Source: Pseudomonadota bacterium | GTDB taxonomy: Bacteria; Pseudomonadota; Gammaproteobacteria; Acidiferrobacterales; UBA6901 | Direction of reading: 5' to 3' | NCBI GenBank assembly: GCA_021778035.1 | Contig: JAJYCY010000008.1 | Location: forward strand, 612 to 64,611 | DNA: 64,000 nucleotides | Shown: positions 8,787 to 18,321 of the stretch, one piece after another | How the letters are laid out: the number at the start of each line of letters is the position of its first letter | How positions within the stretch are numbered: position 1 is the first letter of the stretch | The notes under the pieces: generated by a model | Databases searched by the model: none | The model's input: only the letters and a program-made list of their open reading frames with translations | Told to the model about the DNA's origin: nothing | Position numbers and translations under genes: made by a program

Positions 8787-9137
8787 ATGAAATGGTCGTA
8801 CATGAGGGCGCTTCCACTGGCGTTCATCGGGCTGGCGGTGTGCCACAGCGCACTGGCGGATGCACCAAAGGTGCTTCTTTCCATCCGCCACCGGCACTTT
8901 GTGCCGCAGCAGCTCCAGGTGCCGGCAAAGACCCGGGTCGAGGTTCTGGTCAAAAACGAAGACAGCATCCCCGCGGAATTCGAAAGCGCCGACCTGTCCC
9001 GGGAAGTGGTGGTGCCCGGGAAAAGCACGGTGAGCGTGTATGTTGGCCCGCTGTCTGCGGGCCGGTACCGCTTTTTCAATGACTTCAATCCTGCGGCAAA
9101 GGGATGGGTAGTGAGTGTGCCGCAGCGTTCCGACTAA
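8787..9137 (+). CDS. Periplasmic cupredoxin-like protein (FtrB-like partner of FTR1 permeases)
   Basis: Signal peptide MKWSYMRALPLAFIGLAVCHSALA. Beta-sandwich-like sequence ...RVEVLVKNEDSIPAEFESADLSREVVVPGKSTVSVYVGPLSAGRYRFFNDF. Lies immediately upstream of FTR1. Confidence 0.7.
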   Translation: MKWSYMRALPLAFIGLAVCHSALADAPKVLLSIRHRHFVPQQLQVPAKTRVEVLVKNEDSIPAEFESADLSREVVVPGKSTVSVYVGPLSAGRYRFFNDFNPAAKGWVVSVPQRSD

Positions 9138-9155
9138 TCACGCGGGGGAACCCTG

Positions 9156-10013
9156 ATGTTTGCAGCTGCCATCATCGTATTTCGGGAGGTCCTGGAGGCC
9201 GCCCTGATCATTTCCATCGTCCTTGGCGCAAGCAGGGGCATTGCGGCGCGTGGCCGCTGGGTTGCCGCCGGGGTTGCCGCGGGCATCGCCGGCGCATCGA
9301 TCGTGGCCGCATCGGCCGGAGTGATTGCACAGTCGTTTTCCAGCACAGGCCAGCCGTTGCTCGATGCCACCATTCTCCTGATCGCCGTGGCAATGCTGTC
9401 CTGGCATAACATCTGGATGGCAAGTCATGGCCGTTCACTTGCCGCTGAAATGAAGGCGCTGGGTAACGACGTGAAGACCGGCAACAGGCCCCTGACGGCG
9501 CTCATGGTGATCACGATGATGGCGGTCATGCGTGAGGGCTCGGAAGTGGTGCTGTTTCTCTGGGCCATCGCGGCTGATGGCGCCACGCGTCTCGGCATGC
9601 TTACCGGCGGCTTCGTCGGTCTGCTGGCCGGCAGCCTTGCGGGAGTGCTGCTTTACCGCGGGCTGCTGTTCATCCCCGTGCGTCATTTTTTCTCGGTAAC
9701 CAGCTGGCTGATACTTCTGCTTACCGCCGGACTGGCGTCGGAGGCTGCCGGTTTCCTGAACCAGGCCGGATTGCTGCCGGCCCTGGGCCAGGGACTATGG
9801 AACAGTTCGGCGATCCTGAGTCAGGAGAGCGCGGCGGGGCGGCTGCTGCACGTGCTGATCGGTTACACAGCCAGGCCGTCCGGACTGCAGCTGCTGTTCT
9901 ACTTTGTGACACTTTTCGGCGTGTATGCGCTGATGCGCCAGGTCGGCCGGACTGCACGCTACGCGCAGTCCGGACCCGCCGCCAAGGCTGCCGGCGCCAT
10001 TCCTCAACGATAG
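9156..10013 (+). CDS. FTR1-family high-affinity iron permease
   Basis: Seven-TM protein with two REXXE motifs (REVLEA and REGSEV). Confidence 0.9.
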   Translation: MFAAAIIVFREVLEAALIISIVLGASRGIAARGRWVAAGVAAGIAGASIVAASAGVIAQSFSSTGQPLLDATILLIAVAMLSWHNIWMASHGRSLAAEMKALGNDVKTGNRPLTALMVITMMAVMREGSEVVLFLWAIAADGATRLGMLTGGFVGLLAGSLAGVLLYRGLLFIPVRHFFSVTSWLILLLTAGLASEAAGFLNQAGLLPALGQGLWNSSAILSQESAAGRLLHVLIGYTARPSGLQLLFYFVTLFGVYALMRQVGRTARYAQSGPAAKAAGAIPQR

Positions 10014-10024
10014 GGCCAACCGCC

Positions 10025-10852
10025 ATGTGCCTATTTCCGGGTCTGATGCCGGAGGCTGGCCTTTTGCCAGTCACCGGTGGTGGCCAGTCTCCGGCGCCGC
10101 CGGCCGCCGGAATTGTCCGTGCGGGAGCGATCAGGCTTCGCAACCTCGTTGCCGCTGCCCTGATTCCGTGTTCTGTCCTGATCGGTACCGCGGCACATGC
10201 CGATGACATCATCGTGTATTCGCCGCAGGTCGTGCAGGGCCAGTCGGAAATCGAATTCCGCGGGGATGTGCTGCAGGACAGTTCGGCGGCGGTCAATGGC
10301 ACCAGTAATTACCAGCTGTCGGTGGCCCATGCGTTCACCGGCTGGTGGCGCCCGGAGCTCTATGTGGCGGAGTACCGCAATATCCCCGGTTCGGGTCAGC
10401 AGTCGCAGGGGTATGAATTTGAAAATGTGTTCCAGCTTGCGCCAGCCGGAAAGTACTGGGCCGATCCAGGTCTGCTCGTATCCTGGCACCACAGTCCGGG
10501 CACACAGCCGGACAGTGTGGAATTCGGGCCGCTGTTCGAGCACCGCGACAGGCGCCTGGTCCATGACCTGAATCTCATCTGGGAGAAGCAGGTGGGGCCG
10601 GGGGCTGACCGGAAATACGCCTTCCGTGCTGCCTACAGCCTGCGCTACCAGTGGAAATCCGCGGTCCAGCCGGGGTTCGAGACGTATCTGCGACCTGCCA
10701 ACAGCGCCTATCAGGTGGGTCCCGTGCTGTACGGCGAGATCGCGAGTCGTGAAGGCAGCGAGCTTGAGTACAGTACCGGTGCGGTATTCGGCATCAATCG
10801 CGACGCACCGGACGCGACCTGGGTGCTGCGGCTGGAGTACGAATTTTTCTGA
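10025..10852 (+). CDS. Putative outer-membrane beta-barrel protein co-operonic with FTR1
   Basis: ORF 9797..10852 trimmed to ATG 10025, because the 5' part overlaps FTR1; the start is approximate. Signal-like LVAAALIPCSVLIGTAAHA. Alternating beta-strand pattern. C-terminus ...WVLRLEYEFF ends in an aromatic residue, as in OMPs. Confidence 0.6.
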   Translation: MCLFPGLMPEAGLLPVTGGGQSPAPPAAGIVRAGAIRLRNLVAAALIPCSVLIGTAAHADDIIVYSPQVVQGQSEIEFRGDVLQDSSAAVNGTSNYQLSVAHAFTGWWRPELYVAEYRNIPGSGQQSQGYEFENVFQLAPAGKYWADPGLLVSWHHSPGTQPDSVEFGPLFEHRDRRLVHDLNLIWEKQVGPGADRKYAFRAAYSLRYQWKSAVQPGFETYLRPANSAYQVGPVLYGEIASREGSELEYSTGAVFGINRDAPDATWVLRLEYEFF

Positions 10853-10922
10853 CGGTGCGCCGCCCGCCACGCTGTGTCGCATCGCAGGGGCACGCGGTCC
10901 GGCTGGCCACCACCCGTGGTGC

Positions 10923-11900
10923 TCACGGGGCGGGAGTCGAATAGCGCGCGTGTATGTCGTCAATGGCCGCCAGCGTGCCGGCATCGAGCTCGATGCCGGT
11001 GCTGTCGATGTTGCGTCTGAGCTGTTCCATGCTGGTGGCCCCGATGATCGTTGCGCGAACGAACCAGCGCTGGCGCACAAAGCTTAACGCCATCTGGTCG
11101 AGCGCAAGGCCGCGTGCGGCGGCGAGGACGGAATATTCGGCGGCGGCAAGCGCTACCGACGGCCGGCGGTTTCTCGGCTGGAATTCGGGAAACAGCGTGA
11201 AGCGGGCTCCCGCCGGATGTGCATCGCCGAGGTATTTCCCGGAGAGCACCCCGCCGGCCAGCGGACTGTAGGCAAGCAGCGGCACATTTTCGCGGAAACT
11301 CACCTCGGCCATGTCCAGGTCGAACTGACGGCTCACCAGGCTGTACACATTCTGGATCGACACCGGTGACGGCAGCCCGTGCTGGCGCGCCAGGGCCGTG
11401 AACTGGCAGACACCCCAGCTGCTTTCGTTCGACAGCCCGTAGTGGCGGATCTTGCCGGCGCCGATGAGCTCGGCCATGGTTTCGATCTGCTCCAGCACCG
11501 GAACAGTGGGGTGCTCTGCGTGCGGATCGAACGCGCTCGCACCGAACATCTGCACGTTGCGATCCGGCCAGTGTATCTGGTAGAGATCGATATAGTCGGT
11601 CTGCAGGCGCTGCAGGCTGTCATGCACCGCTTCGCGGATGTTTTCCGCCGAAACTGCTGTGCGTCCGCCGCGCAGCCAGTCGCGGCGTCCGGGGCCGGTA
11701 ATCTTGGTGGCAATGACGAGCCTGTCACGCGCCTGCCCGCGCAGCCAGGATCCCAGGTAGCGCTCGGTGCGGCAGGCGGTCTCCGCGCGTGGCGGAACCG
11801 GGTACATCTCGGCAGTGTCAATGTAGTTCACACCCCGGCTGACCGCATAATCGAGCTGGCTGTGGGCGTCGGCTTCAGTGTTCTGTTCGCCCCAGGTCAT
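10923..11900 (-). CDS. Aldo/keto reductase (Tas-like NADP(H)-dependent oxidoreductase); true start probably upstream near 11960
   Basis: MTWGEQNTEADAHSQLDYAVSRGVNYIDTAEMYPVPP... matches the Tas-type AKR. Homology continues upstream of the first ATG (IRYNQIGDTDLRVSEICLGT), but that in-frame stretch contains no ATG, GTG or TTG. Confidence 0.85.
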   Translation of the reverse strand: MTWGEQNTEADAHSQLDYAVSRGVNYIDTAEMYPVPPRAETACRTERYLGSWLRGQARDRLVIATKITGPGRRDWLRGGRTAVSAENIREAVHDSLQRLQTDYIDLYQIHWPDRNVQMFGASAFDPHAEHPTVPVLEQIETMAELIGAGKIRHYGLSNESSWGVCQFTALARQHGLPSPVSIQNVYSLVSRQFDLDMAEVSFRENVPLLAYSPLAGGVLSGKYLGDAHPAGARFTLFPEFQPRNRRPSVALAAAEYSVLAAARGLALDQMALSFVRQRWFVRATIIGATSMEQLRRNIDSTGIELDAGTLAAIDDIHARYSTPAP

Positions 11901-12223
11901 GGTGCCGAGGCAGATCTCGGAAACCCGCAGGTCTGTGTCGCCAATCTGGTTGTAGCGTATGACTGAATCCTCATCGGTTACGGAACATCCGCGGATGGCC
12001 AGGGAACGGTGGCATGCCGTACATCAGATGTGACGAGCTTAGCGAAGCGGCGCCGAAGTGAAAAGGCCTGGCGACCTCCGGATATAAGGCTGGCGGACCG
12101 GCGGTCTGTGGAACATCGTGCGGTCGAGCATTGTCGAACCGCTGTGATCCATCATAAGATGATGGACTGTCTCAGCCATGATGTACCCGACACTGCCCGC
12201 AGAGGGCCCGCAGAGGCCAAGTC

Positions 12224-13033
12224 ATGCCGAACGCACCGAAGACAAATCGTGCATTCCCCGTTGTGATCGTTCTGATTCTTGCCGTCCTTGCCGGCGGTGT
12301 CTATTACTGGCGCCAGCAGCATGTGCCGCCAGTTGCCGTGCCGGCAGCGCCGCCTCCGCCCGTTGTTGCGGCAAAGCCGCCTGCGCCAAGCATCCAGTAT
12401 CCGGTTCCTGCCCCAGCAGCGCCGCCGGTGAAACCGCTGCCGCCGCTGACCAAGAGCGATCCCGAGATGCGGCAGTTGCTCGAGCGGTTCTTTGGACATG
12501 GATCTGTCCAGGAACTGTTCGTTCCCCGGGACATCATCCACCGCTTCGTGGTTCTGGTGGACAGCCTGACGGAAAAGAAACTGCCCATGCGGTTCCGGCT
12601 CTTCAAACCAGTAGCCGGACGGTTCATCGTGACCGGTGCCGAAGACAGTCCCGTGCTTGGCCCGGAAAATTACCGGCGGTACACACCATACGTCCTCATG
12701 GCCCAGGCTGTCAGTACCAGGACGCTGGTAAACACGTATATCCGCTTCTATCCGTTGCTGCAGCAGGAATACAGAAGGCTCGGTTACCGCAAGGGATACT
12801 TCAACGACCGTGTGGTGAAGGCAATCGACAACATGCTGGCGACGCCGGCGGTTACAGGACCGGTCAGGCTTGTCCGCCCGAACGTTCTGTATGAATTCGC
12901 CGATCCGAAGCTGGAGGCGCTTTCTGCTGGCCAGAAGGTCCTGCTGCGCATGGGGCCGGAAAACGCTGCCCGCATCCGGGCAAAGCTCGAACGCATCCGC
13001 AGCGACCTGACCGGACAGGCGCCGGCGCGCTAG
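12224..13033 (+). CDS. DUF3014-like membrane-anchored protein
   Basis: N-terminal TM anchor FPVVIVLILAVLAGGVYYW, a Pro-rich spacer, then a conserved-looking domain ...LTKSDPEMRQLLERFFGHGSVQELFVPRDIIHRFVVLVDSL. The family name is from memory. Confidence 0.65.
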   Translation: MPNAPKTNRAFPVVIVLILAVLAGGVYYWRQQHVPPVAVPAAPPPPVVAAKPPAPSIQYPVPAPAAPPVKPLPPLTKSDPEMRQLLERFFGHGSVQELFVPRDIIHRFVVLVDSLTEKKLPMRFRLFKPVAGRFIVTGAEDSPVLGPENYRRYTPYVLMAQAVSTRTLVNTYIRFYPLLQQEYRRLGYRKGYFNDRVVKAIDNMLATPAVTGPVRLVRPNVLYEFADPKLEALSAGQKVLLRMGPENAARIRAKLERIRSDLTGQAPAR

Positions 13034-13096
13034 GTCATCCCGGTCCGGACGCGGTGATCGCAGCCGGATGCTCACCGCCGGGGGAAAAGCGCGCCA

Positions 13097-13681
13097 ATGG
13101 GAAAAACCCGTCTCGAGGCCTTCAGCGACGGCGTCCTCGCCATCATCATCACGATCATGGTCCTGGACCTGAAGGTGCCACACGGCGAAAACCTGTCTGC
13201 GCTGGGCCCGCTGCTGCCGGTGTTTCTGAGCTATGTGCTGAGTTTTCTCTACATCGGCATCTACTGGAACAACCATCACCACCTTCTGCATACAGTGGCG
13301 CGGGTCAGAGGCGGGATGCTGTGGGCGAACCTGCATCTTCTGTTCTGGTTGTCGCTGTTTCCCTTCGCCACCGGCTGGATGGGTGAAAACCATTTCGCAT
13401 CGCTGCCGACCGCGCTGTATGGTGTCGTGCTGCTCATGGCGGCGCTGGCGTGGATGATCCTGCAGCGCTCGATTGTGGCCAGCCACGGGAAGGATTCGCT
13501 GCTAGCCCGGGCGATCGGCAAGGACCTCAAAGGAAAATCCTCTCCGTTTTTGTATGCCGCCGCGGTTCCGGCGGCATTTTTTAGTCCGTGGATTTCGCAG
13601 GCCCTGTATGCGGCGGTAGCGCTGATGTGGCTCATCCCCGACCGTCGTATCGAGATGGCGGTGGCAGAAAAAAGGGACTGA
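13097..13681 (+). CDS. TMEM175/DUF1211-family potassium channel homologue
   Basis: N-terminal signature KTRLEAFSDGVLAIIITIMVL and six predicted TM helices. Confidence 0.8.
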   Translation: MGKTRLEAFSDGVLAIIITIMVLDLKVPHGENLSALGPLLPVFLSYVLSFLYIGIYWNNHHHLLHTVARVRGGMLWANLHLLFWLSLFPFATGWMGENHFASLPTALYGVVLLMAALAWMILQRSIVASHGKDSLLARAIGKDLKGKSSPFLYAAAVPAAFFSPWISQALYAAVALMWLIPDRRIEMAVAEKRD

Positions 13682-13996
13682 GCGCACGCGGTGGGACCGG
13701 ATCATGCCACCCGCACGGATGGCGCTGTCATTCCGCACCGCGGCAGCAGCGTGATACGACCATCGCAACCTGGAACCGTCTGCCTGGGTGCGGGAAAAGC
13801 AAGATCCGGATTGTAGGCAGTCATGTCCGGTGCCGATAATGTGCTGCAGCAGACAGGACCCCGGGCGGCGGGCTGAACGAATCGCCCGTCCCGTGATTGC
13901 CCTGCCCGGACGTGTCCGCTGCCCCGGTACTGCACTTGATCCGGCAGGGTTTCCACGACGGGAGCCGCGGATTCCAGGCTGACAGGCACGTATGAA

Positions 13997-14824
13997 ATGA
14001 CCGACTACGAACGCATTACTGAAGCGATATCCTTCATATCCAGTCACGTTACTGCGCAACCACGACTGGAAGAAATCGCCGACCACGTTCATCTGAGCCC
14101 GTTTCATTTCCAGCGCCTGTTCAGCCGCTGGGCCGGGATCACGCCCAAACGATTTCTCGAGGTACTGACGGTGGAGCATGCGAAGGCACTGCTGGACGGA
14201 TCCGGATCGCTGCTGGAGGTCTCCGAAGAGATCGGATTGAGCAGCAGTTCGCGCCTGCACGAACACTTTGTCCACCTGGAAGCGGTTACGCCGGGGGAAT
14301 ACCGGTCGAGGGGGGACGGCCTGGTGATCGAATATGGCGTGCATGACACGCCGTTCGGTGCAGCGCTCGTGGCGGTTACCGCGCGCGGCATCTGCGATCT
14401 CGCATTCCTGCCGGGACAGGAGACCGGTGATCACCTTGCCCGCATCCGTGCGCGCTGGCCGGGTGCAGAGATCCGTGCACATCAGGCCCGCACCCGGTCC
14501 CCCATTGATGCACTTTTTGGCAAGCCGAGAATTTGGGACCGGCCCCTGTCGCTGTATGTGTCGGGTACAAATTTCCAGACCCGGGTCTGGGGCGCCCTGC
14601 TGTCCATTCCGCCTGGCAGCGTTGTCAGCTATGCCCAGGTCGCTACGGCGATCGGCCATCCCGGAGCAGCGAGAGCGGTAGGTGCGGCGGTCGGTGCCAA
14701 TACAGTCGCCTTTCTCATACCCTGCCACCGCGTGATCTGCCAGGACGGAACGCTCGGGGGTTATCGGTGGGGAGTCATGCGCAAACGCGCCATGCTTGCG
14801 TGGGAAGCGGCACGTTGCCGGTGA
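13997..14824 (+). CDS. AraC-type HTH domain fused to methylated-DNA-protein-cysteine methyltransferase (Ada/Ogt-like)
   Basis: The N-terminal half has the AraC HTH (LEEIADHVHLSPFHFQRLFSRWAGITPKRFL). The C-terminal half has the MGMT active site LIPCHRV. Confidence 0.85.
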   Translation: MTDYERITEAISFISSHVTAQPRLEEIADHVHLSPFHFQRLFSRWAGITPKRFLEVLTVEHAKALLDGSGSLLEVSEEIGLSSSSRLHEHFVHLEAVTPGEYRSRGDGLVIEYGVHDTPFGAALVAVTARGICDLAFLPGQETGDHLARIRARWPGAEIRAHQARTRSPIDALFGKPRIWDRPLSLYVSGTNFQTRVWGALLSIPPGSVVSYAQVATAIGHPGAARAVGAAVGANTVAFLIPCHRVICQDGTLGGYRWGVMRKRAMLAWEAARCR

Positions 14825-14925
14825 GGCCACGCAGGCAGGTTTCCCGGGCAGGCGGGGTCCTCCGTTGCGGGTAAAACAATTGTTTGATACATTCGTTTGA
14901 CTGCTTTATTCCCCAACCTTCCGAG

Positions 14926-15624
14926 ATGACAACACCCATGAACGGTCTGCCGGATCGACCGCAACCGGATACCCGCCAGCGGCTGCTCGAAGCTGCCTCG
15001 CGGATGTTCGTCGAGCAGGGGTTTGGCGCCACCAAGGTGCGCGATATCGTTGCGCGCGCCGGTGCCAACATCGCGGCCGTCAATTACCATTTCGGTACCA
15101 AGGAAGGACTGTATGCGGCGGTGATCCGGCACCATTCGGCACAAGCCATTGAAGAGTTATCCCTCCAGGACCGTGCCGCCGCCGGACGCACGCCCGCGGC
15201 GCGTCTGAGGGACCATGTCCGCACCTTTCTGCAACGGCTGCTCGTGGATACTCCCCAGTTCACCCTGAGCAAGCTCATCGCCCGGGAAATAGTCGAACCG
15301 ACAGCGGCGTTCGAGCTGATCATCGAGAGGTTCGTGTGGCCGCAGTACCGCGCACTGCATGCAATCGTCCGCATGGTGGCGGGAGACGGAGCGAGCGAGG
15401 AGACTGTGCGCCGCTGTTGCCTGAGCGTCGTCGGACAGTGCATCTACTACCAGTTCGCGCGCCAGGTCGTGGCGCACCTCGATCCCGGTTTTGGGTACGC
15501 ATCGGCTGACATCGAACGCCTGGCCGACCATATCGTTGCATTCTCCCTTGGCGGCATACAGCAGTCGGCGCAGGCGTGTGCCGCAGCGCGGAAATCACGT
15601 TCAGAGAGCGGTGACGCGTCATGA
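14926..15624 (+). CDS. TetR-family transcriptional regulator
   Basis: TetR HTH: RQRLLEAASRMFVEQGFGATKVRDIVARAGANIAAVNYHFGTKEGLY. ATG 14926 is preferred to the TTG at 14884. The stop overlaps the next gene's start (ATGA at 15621-15624). Confidence 0.85.
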   Translation: MTTPMNGLPDRPQPDTRQRLLEAASRMFVEQGFGATKVRDIVARAGANIAAVNYHFGTKEGLYAAVIRHHSAQAIEELSLQDRAAAGRTPAARLRDHVRTFLQRLLVDTPQFTLSKLIAREIVEPTAAFELIIERFVWPQYRALHAIVRMVAGDGASEETVRRCCLSVVGQCIYYQFARQVVAHLDPGFGYASADIERLADHIVAFSLGGIQQSAQACAAARKSRSESGDAS

Positions 15625-17117
15625 CCGGCGCCGTCGCCGCGCGCCGCCGGATTGCGGGCCTGGCACTTGTGGCCGTGGTTGCCGTTTCCGCCGGGTGCGC
15701 GCTGGCTCCCTACCACAGGCTCAAACGGCTGCCGGGCGCTGCGTCCTATCCAGTGGGCCGGAGCGTGAAGCAGGCGCTGGCATCGGACGGGTTCCGCCGC
15801 GGCGGATGGCCCGAGCGGGACTGGTGGAAGGAGTTCGGGGATGCGCAGCTCGATTCCCTGGTCGCTCAGGCGCTTGCGCATAATCCGGGTATTGATATCG
15901 CGCGGTCGCGGCTGCGGCTGGCGCGTGACGAGGTCGCGGTGGCCCGCGCCGGGCTGTATCCCGATATCGGTGCCAGCGCCTCGGTGATCCGGGAGAAGTT
16001 CAGCGCCAACGGCCTGTATCCGCCGCCGTTCGGCGGCGCTACCTATAACCAGGGCCAGCTTTCCCTCGACTTCGGATACGACCTGGACCTGTGGGGCAGG
16101 GTGCGCGATGAAATGCGCGCCCGCGTGGGCGAGGCGAAAGCAGCCGCGGCACAGGCCGCGGAAGCCCGGCTGGTCATCACAACCGGCGTGGCGAGCGCCT
16201 ACTTTGCGCTTCAGGGAGACCTTGCGCGGCTTCATGTCACGCAGCAAAGCCTCGCCCAGCACCAGGCTTTCGAGCACCTCGTCAGGTTGCGCGCCGCAGG
16301 CGGGCTTGAGACGCAGCTGGCTGTCAGGCAGGCGCAGGCGGATGTGGCGTCCGTGGAAGCGGATCTCATCAGGCTGCGCAATGTCGTTGCGGGCGACCGG
16401 CGTGCGCTTGCTGCGCTGATTGGCGAGGGACCCGATGCGGCGACCGCGATCCAGCCCCCATCCAGCCATTTTGACCGGCCATTTCCGGTTCCGGCCGGAC
16501 TGCCGGTTGATCTGCTGGCGCGCCGTCCCGACATCATGGTGCGCAAATGGCAGGTCGAGGCGGCCGCCGAAGAGGTGGGAGCCGCCCGTGCCGGGTTCTA
16601 TCCGAACATCAGTCTCACCGGACAGATCGGCAAGCAGAGCCTGTACCTCGGCAAGCTGCTCGATCCGGCCAGCGATTTTGCGCTTTTCGGACCGGCGATA
16701 CACCTGCCGATTTTCGAGGGCGGACGTCTGCGTGCCACGCTCCGCGCACGCTACGTGCAGTATGACATTGCCGTCGCCAGATACCGCCAAACGCTGATCG
16801 CTGCATCGCGCAGCGTGGCTGATGGGCTGGCTGCGCTGGAATCCGTCACGCAGGAGCTCCGGAAACAGGGCCAGGCACTCCAGGCAAGCGAGGATGCACG
16901 CCGCATCGCAATGCTTCGCTACCGGTCTGGCCTGACCGACTACCTTACGGTGCTGCTGGTGCAGCAGGAAGTGTTGCAGCAGCGCGACATCGAGGCCTCG
17001 CTGCGCACACAGCGTATGCAGGCGGTGCTGAATCTGATCCGGGCATTGGGCGGAGGCTACGGGGATGGACGCAGGATGCCGCTTCCTTCGCAGAAAACGG
17101 GAGACAGTCATGAGTGA
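15621..17117 (+). CDS. Efflux outer-membrane factor lipoprotein (NodT/OprM family)
   Basis: Lipobox AVSAGC. Two OEP repeats. First structural gene of the efflux operon. Confidence 0.9.
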   Translation: MTGAVAARRRIAGLALVAVVAVSAGCALAPYHRLKRLPGAASYPVGRSVKQALASDGFRRGGWPERDWWKEFGDAQLDSLVAQALAHNPGIDIARSRLRLARDEVAVARAGLYPDIGASASVIREKFSANGLYPPPFGGATYNQGQLSLDFGYDLDLWGRVRDEMRARVGEAKAAAAQAAEARLVITTGVASAYFALQGDLARLHVTQQSLAQHQAFEHLVRLRAAGGLETQLAVRQAQADVASVEADLIRLRNVVAGDRRALAALIGEGPDAATAIQPPSSHFDRPFPVPAGLPVDLLARRPDIMVRKWQVEAAAEEVGAARAGFYPNISLTGQIGKQSLYLGKLLDPASDFALFGPAIHLPIFEGGRLRATLRARYVQYDIAVARYRQTLIAASRSVADGLAALESVTQELRKQGQALQASEDARRIAMLRYRSGLTDYLTVLLVQQEVLQQRDIEASLRTQRMQAVLNLIRALGGGYGDGRRMPLPSQKTGDSHE

Positions 17118-18315
17118 ACGTGCCGACGGTAATCCGCAGCCGGCCTCCGCGGCCGCAGGCAATGGCCGGCGCCGGCGCCTGCTTCTGCGGCTCGCGGCGG
17201 TATTCATCCTGCTGGCGGCCGGCTATGCGGCATACTGGCTGCTGATCGGCCAGTATGCGGAAACGACCGATGATGCCTACGTTTCCGGCAATGTTATCGG
17301 TGTCAGTCCGCAGGTGGCGGGTACAGTGGTGGCGATCGACGCTGACGCCACGGATCTGGTGCGGCGCGGCCAGCCGCTGGTGGAACTGGACGATACCGAC
17401 ACGCGCATCGCGCTGCGGCAGGCGGAGGCAAATCTTGCCCAGACCGTGCGCGAGGTGCGTCAGATGTTCGACAACGTCGCGCGCCTGAGGGCGGTGGTCA
17501 CCCTGCGCGAGGCCGATCTTGCGCGTGCCCGGGATGACCTGGCGCGGCGGCGCACGCTCATCGCCGCCGATGCCGTGTCACGGGAGGATTACGAACATGC
17601 CAGCACCGCCTATCAGGCGGCGCAGGCGGCGCTGCGTGTTTCACGCCAGGAGCTGAAGGCGGCGCGTGCCCTGGTGGCGGGTTCCACGGTCGAGCATCAT
17701 CCGCTGGTCGAGGAAGCCGAGGCCAGGCTGCGCCAGGCCTATGTCGCATGGAGGCGGCACGTGGTACCTGCGCCGGTGACGGGCTACGTAGCCAAGCGCG
17801 GCGTGCAGCTCGGCGAGCGTGTCGCGCCAGGCATGTTTCTGATGGCGGTCGTGCCGCTCGATGAGCTGTGGGTCAATGCCAATTTCAAGGAAAATCAGCT
17901 GTCGGACATACGCCTGGGCCAGCCGGTAACGATGACGTCCGATCTTTATGGCAATTCGGTAACGTATCGCGGCAGGGTGCTCGGAATTGGTGCGGGAACC
18001 GGCAGCGCATTCGAGCTTCTGCCCCCCCAGAACGCGAGCGGCAACTGGATTAAGATCATCCAGCGCGTACCTGTGCGCATCAGCATCAGACCAAAGGAGC
18101 TCTCGGGACATCCGCTGCGCGTCGGGCTGTCGATGCGGGTATCGGTAGATACCCACAACCGCTCCGGAAAGGTGCTTGCGCGCACGTCGACCGATCAGGT
18201 GCTCTACCATACCCCGGTCTACACCGGTTCCACCGCCGGTGCTGCAGCGCTGATCCGCCGCATCATTCTGGCCAACGACCCGGCCGCCCGTGCGGCCGGA
18301 ACGCTGCTGCACTGA
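17110..18315 (+). CDS. emrA: HlyD/EmrA-family membrane fusion protein
   Basis: Trimmed to ATG 17110 (MSERADGNPQ...), an 8-nt overlap with the upstream gene, with SD GGGAGA. Single TM anchor, coiled-coil region, and EmrA-like motif YAETTDDAYVSGNV. Confidence 0.9.
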   Translation: MSERADGNPQPASAAAGNGRRRRLLLRLAAVFILLAAGYAAYWLLIGQYAETTDDAYVSGNVIGVSPQVAGTVVAIDADATDLVRRGQPLVELDDTDTRIALRQAEANLAQTVREVRQMFDNVARLRAVVTLREADLARARDDLARRRTLIAADAVSREDYEHASTAYQAAQAALRVSRQELKAARALVAGSTVEHHPLVEEAEARLRQAYVAWRRHVVPAPVTGYVAKRGVQLGERVAPGMFLMAVVPLDELWVNANFKENQLSDIRLGQPVTMTSDLYGNSVTYRGRVLGIGAGTGSAFELLPPQNASGNWIKIIQRVPVRISIRPKELSGHPLRVGLSMRVSVDTHNRSGKVLARTSTDQVLYHTPVYTGSTAGAAALIRRIILANDPAARAAGTLLH

Positions 18316-18321
18316 CCGGTC

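Noticed and set aside
9797-10024. 5' part of ORF 9797-10852, overlapping the FTR1 gene
   Set aside because: It overlaps 217 nt of a well-supported permease gene in another frame. The barrel-protein signal sequence and mature region start only after ATG 10025.
12152-14830. Two long minus-strand ORFs (12152-13486, 13502-14830)
   Set aside because: The plus strand carries recognisable DUF3014-like, TMEM175-like and AraC-MGMT genes. The minus-strand translations are Arg/His/Gln-rich with no domain signature.
15447-17207. 586-aa minus-strand ORF
   Set aside because: It is antisense to the NodT-family OMF gene. The same reasoning applies to 17641-19122 (antisense to emrA/emrB), 20925-22826 (dacB/grx), 32459-33988 (lpd), 33925-36035 (sucC/sucD), 40110-42124 and 42097-43167 (AAA/VWA/orphan), 48881-50365 (cfa-like), 52248-53726 (ygiQ) and 60005-61258 (lnt).
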